DNA of 64,000 nt from Eledone cirrhosa (lineage: Eukaryota), in NCBI GenBank assembly GCA_964016885.1, contig OZ024744.1, positions 72,416,001-72,480,000 on the forward strand, in the 5' to 3' direction. A model generated the notes under the pieces. The model made no database searches, was not told the DNA's origin, and worked only from the letters and a program-made list of their open reading frames with translations. Shown piece by piece: positions 27,390 through 39,170 of this stretch. Each line of letters starts with the position of its first letter. Positions within the stretch are counted from its first letter, which is position 1. Both the position numbers and the translations under genes were made by a program.

Positions 27390-28602
27390 GTTTGTGTGTC
27401 TGTATGTGCCTGTGTGTAATAAATATTACATAAAGTTAATGTAGATATGTATGTTGTTATTTTTCTTTAGAGGTTCACTGGAGACAGAAAAAAAAAATGA
27501 AAATTACAGTCTACTATTCTTTCTGTACAAAGAAAAATAACATAAAACAAAAATAAACAAGAAATTAAATATGCCGCCTCGTTTTGAAACGTTCTTAAAT
27601 ACAAAACGTTTTATTTAGAGGCGAATAACTGCAAAATATGAGAAAACGTTACAAAAATGAAATAGCGTGCCCTTCATTTAAGACCATATGTTTTCAATTT
27701 TCATTAAAGTATATACGTTGCTAAAGTCAAGAAGGGGCGGTGGAAGCATTTCTGAATTGGAAGAGGGGGCAAATTTGGTCAATTTAGTTGTAGTGATTAG
27801 TTTAGCTGTTATTATCAAATATCAACCGAAATATTAAAAAACATCGATATGCGATGAACATAACATGTACATAAATTGTAGCACATATACAAATAGATAT
27901 GTGTTTTGGTAGTTTGGGGAGAAAAATATAATTATTGGGGTGGGAGGCCTATAAAAACATACAGTTCAAGGTGGTGGTTCTTTTGTAATGGCTTGAGGAA
28001 TAATCTAGGGCCAATGTATACCTTTACAACGGATTCACGATACTCTAACAGTAGTTAAGGTACGAAACAACAAACAGGTGATTTACTTCCAGTGTTCAAT
28101 AAACAGAAGCAAATATTAATTCCTATTGGGAATGAAAGATGCCATGTCTCTCCAGGCGAACAGATGAGTGATTTCATTAAAATAATATTATTTTAGTACA
28201 GAGACCTGCTCTAAATCTCGACCTTAATTTGACTGAAAACATGTAGTTTTATCCCAATAGGAAGCTGGATCCAAATACAGTTACAAACTATATTCAGTTC
28301 TTTAATTTGAAAATAAAACTATGGAGTGGTATGTATGAAGATTTCTTGGCAAATTCGGTCAATTTCGGCTAAATGAGTTCAAGAGATAATTTGCAAATGA
28401 GGTAACCATACATATTAAAATTCACATTTCTGTAGTTTGCAATATTATGTAATATTTCGGTTCTAAATAAAAGGTTTTAGACCAGATATTGTTAAAAGTA
28501 AGGTTTCGTTTTACTAGAGGTATGTATATTATATATAAACATAATTTCATCGAGATCGTATTTCGGCTGTGGTCAAAAACAAAGCGAAACGCACTTTTCG
28601 AG

Positions 28603-28805
<203 letters not shown>

Positions 28806-29150
28806 AAAGTTATCGTAATTTTGATAATGATTAAAGAAAATATGGAAGAAAATTATTGTACTTGATTCAAATGAATGAAATACACTGATGTCTGTTGCGA
28901 AAAAAGGGAAAAGATCAAGAAATATGTATGGCTTAGTTATTAGGGTGTTGATCTTATGATTGTAAGCCAAAACCCATAGCACGCAGACCCTTTATAATAC
29001 AACCAACCTGTAATTTTTGTCACTAACATTTTTTTTTTCCAACCAACTCCTTGTTACATCATCTTACAGATCAAATTACTAATATTAAGCATTTTATGTT
29101 GCTTACGTCTATATATCTCACACCAATTTGTCTTCATTATATATTCAATA

Positions 29151-29451
29151 TTGGCAGTATCGGTAGAGGGTTAGACGCCATGCTTTGCAACAAAGAGTTA
29201 CGGTCCTTTATGGTCTGAGTTCAAATCCCGCCGAGGTTAACTTTGCCTTTCATCCTTACGGGGGTCGATAAAATAAAGTACCAGTAATACACTGGGATAA
29301 TTGCTGGCCTTGTGCCAAAAGTAGAAACAATTATATATTCAATATCCCGCCGAGGTTGACTTTGCCTTTCATCCTTACGGGGTCGATAAAATAAAGTACC
29401 AGTAATGCACTGGGTAATTGCTGGCCTTGTGCCTAACGTAGAAACAATTAT
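29151..29451 (+). mobile_element. SINE family A plus tandem duplication of its 3' half
   Basis: 29151-29333 near full length; 29345-29451 repeats the 3' part; ATTATATTCAATAT-like motif recurs at three junctions. Confidence 0.9.
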
Positions 29452-29515
29452 ATATTCAATATTATCTTATTCCCCTTTCCCCATATATCCAGCAATGCCT
29501 GTATATACATACATA

Positions 29516-29570
<55 letters not shown>

Positions 29571-29611
29571 TCCCCTACACACCCTTTGAACTCTCTTCCC
29601 ACACACTTCTC

Positions 29612-29643
29612 ACCCGAGGAAGGGCTTATGCCCGAAACGTCGT
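29612..29643 (+). ncRNA. Variant minimal hammerhead-like motif
   Basis: AC-CCGAGGA-A-GGGCTTATGCCC-GAAA-CG-TC-GT; U4C core change and only a 2-bp stem I; AATAAA and (TA)n follow. Confidence 0.5.
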
Positions 29644-29802
29644 TCCCCACCACCACCCCACTCTCCAGAGCGTGAAATTAATAAACATTCGTTGTACCGC
29701 CTCTCTGTTTTGTTCCTGTTCAAATTTTCCATTATATATATATATATATATATATAATACTCATAACCTCTACTTGGATTACCTTAAACGATACCTCGTT
29801 CA

Positions 29803-29850
<48 letters not shown>

Positions 29851-30234
29851 CTATCTAACTAAAAACAGCCAACTGCCTACAGTAAACTAAATGTGTGCAC
29901 TCTGAACAGTTGATTGCAGCTGCACAACTGCAATTCGCCAGCTTCATTGAATGAGCTAGACGCTGGCCGAAGGACGCTGTATTTATACCAGTGATCTTCG
30001 TTACTGTTGTTATATATATATATATATATATATATAACGACGGTTTGAACTTTACAACACCACCTGCCTCTTTGAGGTCAAATACCAACCCTACTACCAT
30101 CTACAAACTGACCAATGAGAATCAAGACTATTCCTGCTGACAACATTAAATTATTCCTAACAAGCTCATATGTACCAAGGCTCTGATACCATCAACACTA
30201 TAAACACAGAGCTGGCATATCTAAGAACTGACTA

Positions 30235-30290
30235 ACTGCCTGATGAGGTCATAGCCATTCAATGGCTATCATCGAAATATATATAGCAGT
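30235..30290 (+). ncRNA. Type I minimal hammerhead ribozyme
   Basis: ACTGC-CTGATGA-GGTCATAGCCATT-C-AATGGCTATCATC-GAAA-TATATA-TA-GCAGT, then AATAAA. Confidence 0.88.
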
Positions 30291-30355
30291 AAATAAAAGA
30301 TTATGTGTTCATGCGATTGACTTATGTTTCGTCACTATATATATATATAATCATA

Positions 30356-30598
30356 TACTAGTAGCATAAGACGCCGTCGTTGGTGGGAACATCTTTCGCC
30401 ATTGTAAATAAAGAACCCACTTTCTCCTCAACATGGCGGTCTTTAAATATCCCCAGGACTCTCCTATTTTAGCGGAGAGCACGATTTGAACTATATGTTG
30501 ACTTGCTGCAGGAGCTAAATAGCCTATGTATCAAATTTGAACAAAATCGGATGGAAACTGTAAATTCATTGCCTGCATACAGACAGACATCTTCGTTT

Positions 30599-30605
<7 letters not shown>
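30356..30605 (+). mobile_element. Possible non-autonomous Helentron/DINE-like element
   Basis: Starts ACTAG with a small subterminal hairpin (CCGTC GTT GGTGG); ends AAAATCGGATGG...ACAGACAGAC..TTTAC then (TA)n. Confidence 0.4.
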
Positions 30606-30642
<37 letters not shown>

Positions 30643-31074
30643 GTATATGTGTGTGTGTGTGTGTGTGTGTAAAAGGTAAACAGAAATATATATATAGATA
30701 TATAGATATATGCAATTAAAAAAATACTAGGAAAGCGAAATAGCTGTAGTGATTGTGCAATATTAATGGTAATTTAATAAATTAATATATTCCAACTCTT
30801 ATTACAGATTGGGGACTTTCCCATGTTTTGAAAATCCAAATTATAACTACACAGGGGAGTATATAAGTGAAACCCCGGAGTAACAAGTCTCATCACTTAA
30901 CCATAAAAAGAATACTATTAAACTCTACTTTGGTATTGAGCTCCCATTCTAGAGTCCGTCAACATCACACGCACATGTGTGTGTGTGTATATATATATAT
31001 GAGGATACCGTTCTCATAACAACAACAAATGCATGAATTACATCTTGATTGCATGGGAGAACCGTTGAAATAAT

Positions 31075-31256
31075 TATAATTGTTTCTACTTTTGGCACAA
31101 GGCCAGCAATTACCCAGTACATTACTGATACTTTATTTTATCGACCCCGTAAGGATGAAAAGCAAAGTTAACCTCGGTGGGATTTGAACTCATAAAGGGT
31201 CGTAATTCCTGGCTGCAAAGCATGGCGTCAGACCCTGTACCGATACTGCCAATCCA
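31075..31256 (-). mobile_element. SINE family A
   Basis: Matches consensus. Confidence 0.85.
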
Positions 31257-31716
31257 TTAAAGATTTATGTAACATCAGCCTCTAAACTATAATAAAGTAA
31301 GGAGTGCGGGACTGTGTCCAGAATATATTTTTTTATCCCGTTTGTAAAATAAGTTGGATTACTTTGAATAAATAATGAATGAATATTACATAATTTATCT
31401 ACTAAATTTCGTTATTCTTGATTAAATATAAATAATGTTGTTGTTTATTTTAAGATTCGCTTCTTTAGAATTTTAAAATGTCAATACTTCCGGTTAGAGA
31501 TCGCTTAAATAAACATTCATATATTTCTGTCACTAATTTTCTCCCTGGCAGTTTATATATAATATTGTATTTTTTTAATGATTACATAAGAGAGTGTAAC
31601 ACAATCTTCGTTCAATTTCTGTGTATATTGTCAATTACGATTTTATTTGATGTATCATATCTACATGTATATATACTTGCGTATAATATCAATATACACA
31701 TTACACATGCTAGCAG

Positions 31717-33480
31717 AAAACCACCCAGAGGGTGGTTTTTCTGATAGTCTTTCTGGGTGAGAGTGAACGGTCACCTTTCGGAACCATTCAACATCATGCG
31801 CTCGATCCGCCAGGGATGTCTTTCTCATCTTTTTTGTACGTATTGCCTCTTGAACCATTACTGCACAAACTTGAGACATTGAGGGAGATCCCACGAGAAC
31901 TAGGATGCGGAAGAACAGTGTCAGCTTATGCAGACGACATCACCGTAGTGGTGTCGAACACCAAACACATCGAGGCAATCGGCACCACACTAAGAGAAAA
32001 TGAGATGGTGACAGGAGCAATGATCAACCAGGAAAAATCAGTAAGCCTGCAACTCGGCACCTGGAGAGGCAGGTCCATGCCGCCCAACAGCGTCGTCGGG
32101 CGCTGGACGTACGGACTGGTTAAATTACTAGGGGTCTGGTTCGGTCCGGACCTCCAGGCGGACAAAAACTGGGAGGAGGTCACGAGCAAGGTGTTTTCTC
32201 TCACCCAGAAATGGGCAGAGAGGAAGTTATCCATGAAAGGTCGAGCGGGGGTGGCGAATGCGTACATCGCGTCCGTCATCTACTACTGCCTGACCGTCGT
32301 GTCTTGTCCTAAGCCTCACCTGACTGCACTGGAGCGTTTGCTCTTTCGCTTTTTGTGGAAGGGACGTGCCCCGATGGTCAGGCGGTCCATCTACTGTCAA
32401 CACCCGCTACGCGGAGGGCTGGGCATGCCGTGGCTGAGGATCGCAGACATGTGCTCAGGCTACGGCATCTCCACCTCTTCCGCAACGGTGATCAGGTGTG
32501 GTCGCCGTTTGCTAGACACATGTTTCCTCAGCTTGTCTCCTTGGCGGAGCTGCAGTCATGGGTCAAGCGAAGACCGAGAGGAAGCGCTTGGAGACTAGAA
32601 TGTCTTCAGGCGCTTACAGCCCTCGACCAGTCGAGCAATACAATCGCTGGAAACTCCACCTTGGCTTTCTATAGAGGATTAGTGGAAGGAAAGAGCAACG
32701 ACGTCCTAGGGGCGACTCTAGGCGTCGACAAAAACCAACTAGCCAATCTCTTCGAGAGAACTTTCGGGCCGGGGCCCATGGACAACTTCCAAGAATCCCT
32801 GGCCTGGCAGTGCTACCGAGGAGCCTTGCCAGTTCGGGATAAACTCTACAGGCATGGAAGTTCCGTCATCCAAGCCTGTCCGAAATGCGCACAGGGTGAT
32901 GAAACCGTCTTGCACGCACTCGTCCAGTGTCCGAGCATTGCTGATTTGTGGGTTTATGCCGAACACCTGCTGTCACGTGTAGAACGGATCCGGCTATCAG
33001 CTGAGTCCATCGTGAAGATTGCCCGCTGCCTTTCTTTAGCCGAGAAGGGCTAAAGAAAGTCTTCAACCCTTTCACGTCTGAAAGGGTTGAAGACCGGTAC
33101 TTTCCTCTTCGGTGACGCCCTCATTAACTTTTTCAGGCTTCACCTGAAAAGGAAAATCAGGGTGGAGAGGGAAGTGCTGACCTCCAGCCAGTTTGTTGAA
33201 AGGTGGGTGAGAGAGGCAAGAATGACCCGTGTGAATGGGTCTACCATGAGCGTGTGCCTGTAGCATTGTAGGAGGAAAACTGGAAGAGGGCATTTACCCT
33301 AGCGGTCAGGGTAACCGTGCCTTTTCTTGTGGGTTTTCTCCACGAGCAACCATCGGAGGTCTCCCCGCTATTGGGAATTTTTCATTGTTTCCTTTTGTCA
33401 CACTCTGTTTTTTTTTTTGGGGGGGGGGGGGGGGGGGTTACACGCAAAAATGCCCATTTGTATTGTCCTGTGTTGTCCTT
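31717..33480 (+). mobile_element. L1/Tx1-clade LINE, 5'-truncated ORF2 pseudogene (RT + zinc-binding domain + 3' UTR)
   Basis: LYVLPLEPL, SAYADDITV, INQEKS, KLLGVWFG, RGGLGMP, CPKC...ETVLHALVQC; split by frameshifts (ORFs 31732-32598 and 32355-33053). Confidence 0.92.
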
Positions 33481-33721
33481 AATGTTATACTTTGTGTCAT
33501 CTGATGTGAGAAAAACGACAGACCGTCCATCTCAACTCTACTTTTGAAAAGCAGAAGAACTGCGAAACCGGTAAAGGAACCAAATAAATATATATATATT
33601 TTTAAAAATAAGACTCCAGTTGCATTTTCGATTTCATCTTTTTTCTTTATATATATATATATACACATATATGTATATGTATACATATACATATATGTAT
33701 ATGTATATGCATACATATACA

Positions 33722-33819
<98 letters not shown>

Positions 33820-33955
33820 GTAACAATAGGGAGAGAAAGAGGAGGTAAGTTCATAGGTAGATAGATAGATAAAGAGACAGGCAACCAGATAGAAAGACAG
33901 GTAGTCAGATAGTTAAAGAGACAGACAGACAGACAGGTAGACATATAGACACACG

Positions 33956-34089
<134 letters not shown>

Positions 34090-34120
34090 ATTAGAAAGTG
34101 AACAACACAATATATAACTA

Positions 34121-34188
34121 CTCCATTACCAAAGGTTTCAAGACCCTAGACAATTTTAACATAAGTCTGGATCGTTCATCAGATAGAG
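34121..34188 (-). ncRNA. Type I hammerhead ribozyme
   Basis: CTCTAT-CTGATGA-ACGATCCAGAC...GTCTAGGGTCTT-GAAA-CCTTTGG-TA-ATGGAG; GUA site. Confidence 0.75.
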
Positions 34189-34223
34189 ATGTTATGAATA
34201 GAAAATATGAAATCATATAAAAC

Positions 34224-34268
<45 letters not shown>

Positions 34269-34386
34269 CAGAAGGGATATTCAATTTGTTGATAATTCAA
34301 CAAATATAAATGTTTAATCCAAAGATAACTTGAACTGTTAAGGTATATTCTCCTTGGCTATGTCAAAATTTATAAAACACACTCCG

Positions 34387-34446
34387 TATTTTATCTGATG
34401 AGGGCGTACCAAAGTTTGGTACCCTTGAAATATATATAATAGAATA
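34387..34446 (+). ncRNA. Type I minimal hammerhead ribozyme
   Basis: TATTTTAT-CTGATGA-GGGCGTACCAAA-G-TTTGGTACCCTT-GAAA-TATATA-TA-ATAGAATA; 3' flank homologous to 1639-1680. Confidence 0.85.
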
Positions 34447-34488
34447 AATATGGTTTTATAAATATAGTTTCCATTTATTTAATATCAT

Positions 34489-34567
<79 letters not shown>

Positions 34568-34972
34568 ATATACAGAGACAGAGAGGGGGGGAGCGAGATA
34601 GATAGATATTCAGAAGGCACAAATTACTATACATCCTGATGTGAAAATTAGTTTACGTAATGGATGGGGTCATTTCCACTTTGTAAAATACCACGTAAAA
34701 GATTTTTGCATGTGGAAAATAATAGATTGAGAAACAAATATCGAAGCAGGTACATGTTTTAATGTCCTTGTATTTGTGGGTCGTAAGATAAACGGAAGCT
34801 GCACATGTACATTTATGGGCGAGAGAGAAAGAGAGAAGAATTTGTGTTCTATTTATTGTTTTTTTTTATATAAGTTTAACTCTGCTTTCCTTCGATAAAA
34901 TACCAACCCCCGTACATACATTGATTATCCCACCTCTCTCACCACTCTGTAAGAATATATGTATGTTATGTA

Positions 34973-35056
<84 letters not shown>

Positions 35057-35112
35057 CGCGTGTGTGTGTGTGTACGTATGCATATATATATGTATGTATA
35101 TATATATATATG

Positions 35113-35183
<71 letters not shown>

Positions 35184-36214
35184 TGGCTTTTTGCTACAAT
35201 GTTTTCTAAACCTTTCATTTATATATTTATACTCGGATTTCTTTCCTAGAGTGCTTAAATTATTTGTGACTAATCCCAGTATTTTTTTAATAAAAAACCG
35301 CGATAATATTGCATTTTGCTGAACTCCTTATTGTAGAGTTTTTTTTCGGAATGTTTTTTTACTGTTGTTTCTTGTAAACAAACATTCGTCTCATTCTGAC
35401 GTCACCAGCCCTGTCTTTCCACATGTGCCTTATATTTTTCATAATCACGCATGATGGTGAACTAGCCTGTTTTAAATTCCCTTTTTGGCATATTAATCAG
35501 TGAGAAATTTTGGTTATCGAGTTGAGCTCTGCTGACCATCGAATTCCAACCGTGACCATCTCCACTGAAAGTTTTCGTGAAATAGTCTCATAGACTATAC
35601 AGAGCATTTGAAGTTTTTCCAAATTGAAGGATGAGTATTTTAAACTTTATTTTATCATGAGTTTTCTATTGATTTTTCCCTGGATTTCACTAAATTCTGT
35701 GGATGAATCTATTAACCTTTATTGATTACACCCAGTTATATTTAGGATTTAGATTGATGAATATTTCTAGATAATTCAATAATTCAATGATTCAAGTTTA
35801 CTCTATCGCATAGCTATGCCCAATTATAGTTGTGTATGGATATATATAATACATAACTATACATCCCTCCCTTATAATTATAATTATAATTATTCCTCTT
35901 TGTCTCCCTTTCCTTGATCAAATCTCCTTTGCTCTCTATAACTCTTCTAGCTATATTTTCCCCTCATATGTTTTCTCTCTGTCTTTTGTTTTTCCTTTTT
36001 CTTCAATAATTATTTGAATCTCTAACAGTTATGTAAATTACTGTTATGTATTTTTAAGCTTTTTTACACGCACCCTCTATATTATATGTATTATATGTAA
36101 GTTTTTTCATGTATCAATCTTAAGGTATATAAATATTGAGTTTTGTCATATCTTACTCACTACAATGACTGGACCTTAACCATCTACTATGTCAGGGTAT
36201 GCCATGCATCATCT

Positions 36215-36281
36215 TATTTTATCTGATGAAGACGTACTGTTGAAGTTAGCTCAGTACCTCTGAAATATGTATAATAAAATA
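36215..36281 (+). ncRNA. Type I minimal hammerhead ribozyme
   Basis: TATTTTAT-CTGATGA-AGACGTACTG...CAGTACCTCT-GAAA-TATGTA-TA-ATAAAATA; perfect 8-bp stem I. Confidence 0.88.
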
Positions 36282-36349
36282 TACTTGATCACAATGAAGT
36301 TCTATTTTTGTTAATATTTTGAATGAATATATATATATATATATATATA

Positions 36350-36429
<80 letters not shown>

Positions 36430-36437
<8 letters not shown>

Positions 36438-36739
36438 TTGAGGTTGGTAATGGCACATGGAATATATAAGAGACAGAATACTTTTTTGTGAAAAAACATA
36501 TAATTTTATAAGGTAAGGAAATAATAAAGGGTATAAAAAATGACCGGTTTCGATGGGTCTTATTAATTTTTCTTAATATTAATCAACATTTGAAAAGATG
36601 GCTTTTGCAGACCCATCGAAACCGGTCATTTTTTATACCCTTTATTATTTCCTTACCTTATAAAATTATATGTTTTTTCACAAAAAAGTATTCTGTCTCT
36701 TATATATTCCATGTGCCATTACCAACCTCAATTTTCTCT
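36430..36739. repeat. Inverted repeat with ~130-bp arms and 48-nt spacer, containing a decayed HHR
   Basis: 36430-36560 is the reverse complement of 36609-36739; GATGG..CCATC-GAAA-CCGG-TC with the core mutated to TTGAAAA. Confidence 0.9.
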
Positions 36740-36770
36740 ATAACCTTCGTTTTGTGTAGAAAATTACACT

Positions 36771-36843
<73 letters not shown>

Positions 36844-36850
<7 letters not shown>

Positions 36851-37017
36851 AATTAGTATATCTACCAACATATTTATACAGAAGTATACTTATGCTAGCA
36901 AGATATAGGTTTTGTCTTAGTAACTTTGTGCACAAAGTTACTAAGACAAAACCTATATCTTGCTAGCATAAGTATACTTCTGTATAAATATGTTGGTAGA
37001 TATACTAATTCTTTATA
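36844..37017. repeat. Perfect 174-bp palindrome with no spacer
   Basis: Centre TTTGTG|CACAAA at 36930/36931. Confidence 0.95.
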
Positions 37018-37297
37018 ATTATCTCCAAATTATTTGTTGAGCAAAAATTCGTCTGAATTACTGCTATGATTCATAGTAGTATTTTGGCTACTGTCTTTTT
37101 AACACCCCACTCCTCACTGATTAACCTCGATGTCACGTGATTGATTCTTTTGAATTTGCCACTGACCGGGAAGGTAGTGAAATGTTCAGTGTCTTGAAAT
37201 TTAGTCCGCGCCGCGCTTGCTTCTTTTCCATTCACTGAATTATTTTTGTTTGAGATCCCTGTGTCCGCCTATCGCCTGGGATCTTAGCAGAGAATTG

Positions 37298-37375
37298 ACT
37301 CCCTGATGAAGAAAGGAATTCTCCATAGCTTTGAACACTATGTATATCCCCTTTCAGAAACTAATTAGTTCGAGT
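37298..37375 (+). ncRNA. Slightly degenerate type I hammerhead ribozyme
   Basis: ACTCC-CTGATGA-AGAAAGG...CCTTTCA-GAAA-CTAATTAG-TT-CGAGT; mismatches at the first pairs of stems I and II. Confidence 0.6.
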
Positions 37376-37419
37376 GAAACTTAAGTAAGTTAATTATTAT
37401 AATTTTCTTATTTTACGTC

Positions 37420-37480
<61 letters not shown>

Positions 37481-37680
37481 TGTATCTGTATTTTTAACCG
37501 TTGGAGATATAAAAGATGTAGAAGCGAAAACCAACCCAAACCAAACAGTGAGTGTGTTCTGTTATTATTTCTGGTAATATTATAACAATATGACATCCCA
37601 ATATATATCAGCTCCTGATTCTTACTGGAATTCTGTAAGATTCCAGCTTCTATAATTTTCGGCGGAAGCAGAGGAGTGCG

Positions 37681-37723
37681 TGGCTCTGATGAACGCCAAC
37701 CAGCGTGAAACAGACTGTTAGCT
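37681..37723 (+). ncRNA. Type I minimal hammerhead ribozyme
   Basis: GGCT-CTGATGA-ACGC..GCGT-GAAA-CAGACTG-TT-AGCT; paralog of 18090-18133. Confidence 0.75.
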
Positions 37724-37846
37724 TCTCTCCCTTCTTTCGCAGAAAAGAAGTAAGTGACATAGTCACTACTTTAAAATTGATAGTGTATGGTCTTCTAAAT
37801 GTTTTAAATTAAACATACGGTATATTGCCAAATATACTATACATAC

Positions 37847-37928
<82 letters not shown>

Positions 37929-38078
37929 GTATGTATATATATACATATGCAGCATATGTATATAATATATACATATGTGTGTGTGTGTGTAAAATGTAAA
38001 CAGAAATAATAACACAATCGGTTCAGTATATGGAACGAATATATTATTAGGTTATCGCTTGAAATAGCAGGAAGAGGG

Positions 38079-38114
38079 TCTTAACGTTTCAGACGCTAGT
38101 CCTTCATCAGAAGA
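38079..38114 (-). ncRNA. Minimal hammerhead-like motif
   Basis: TCTT-CTGATGA-A-GGACTAGCGTCT-GAAA-CG-TT-AAGA; family fragments also at 587-656, 30672-30688 and 58157-58310 (core decayed). Confidence 0.6.
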
Positions 38115-38794
38115 AAGAATGAAAAATAAGATAGATTGAAGGGACGGGCGGGGCGGATTCGGAAAAAATGTTTTTGGAGAAAAATAACAGGAGGAAGAGG
38201 AGAAGGATGAGGAGGGGTAGGAGGGGGGAGAGGTATGAGGAGGAGAAGAGGAAGAAAGTACTTCACCATCGTCTTTATAATCATCATTAATATCATCGTT
38301 ATCGTCACGGCCATCAATATCATCAGCAACAGCATCAGTATCGTCATATGTTTAAATTTATGTTTATTTTTTTATTCGTCATCTTATACCTCCATATGTC
38401 GGCCCTTATGGCCAATAAATAAAATCAATTTTTTTTTTTTTCATTTATTTGTTTCAGTGATTTATTATATTTATAAAGGCTCTTTCATGTTTTTATAAGT
38501 TTCAGTCATTTGAGTATGGCCATGCTAGGTCAACACTATGACAGGGTTTTTTTTTCGATCATATTGACCTCAATACATATATTTTAAGCCTGATACATAT
38601 TTTATCCATCAATTTTTTTTAACTGCTGAGTTATGGGACATAAATACAGACGAAGACGTAGGTACAAAAAACAGGGACACGAACCCACAAACATTTACAT
38701 AAGTACATATACATTTATATATCTGCGTCTGTGTCTGCCTGTGCTTTAATACATATTAGAAAGTCTTTTAAAAAGTCTGTCTTAAGCTGTCTTT

Positions 38795-39170
38795 TAGTGG
38801 TTAGAGCATTGGGCTTGCAATCGAAAGGTTGTGAGTTCGATTCTCTGACCGGGTGATGTGTTGAGTCCTTGAGCAAGACACTTTATTTCACATTGCTCCA
38901 GTTTACTCAGCTGTAGAAATGAGTTGTGACCCTGCCAAATCAATGGGTGGCAGTAGTTCCAGCTGCACTCATCGAAAGACTGGTGTAATGGTTCTGAGAA
39001 CAATGCAGCTTTGCAGAGGATCAATGCAAATTGACAATGGAAAGGCGCTCCCGCTCGAGTTAGAAGAGAACTATTGACCTTCAGGAGAAGCCGCGACCCC
39101 TGATTGTATTCAGCAACCGAAACAGATATGAAGTACACCAAATCCAATGCTCCTTGAGGCGGCCCTGGTT
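38795..39170 (+). mobile_element. tRNA-derived SINE family C
   Basis: TAGTGGTTAGAGC A-box, GAGTTCGATTC B-box, then GTCCTTGAGCAAGACACTTT; minus-strand relatives at ~39230-39425, 40260-40385 and 47195-47330. Confidence 0.7.

Noticed and set aside
38795-38850. tRNA gene
   Set aside because: A and B boxes are present but there is no acceptor stem, and it continues into a SINE body
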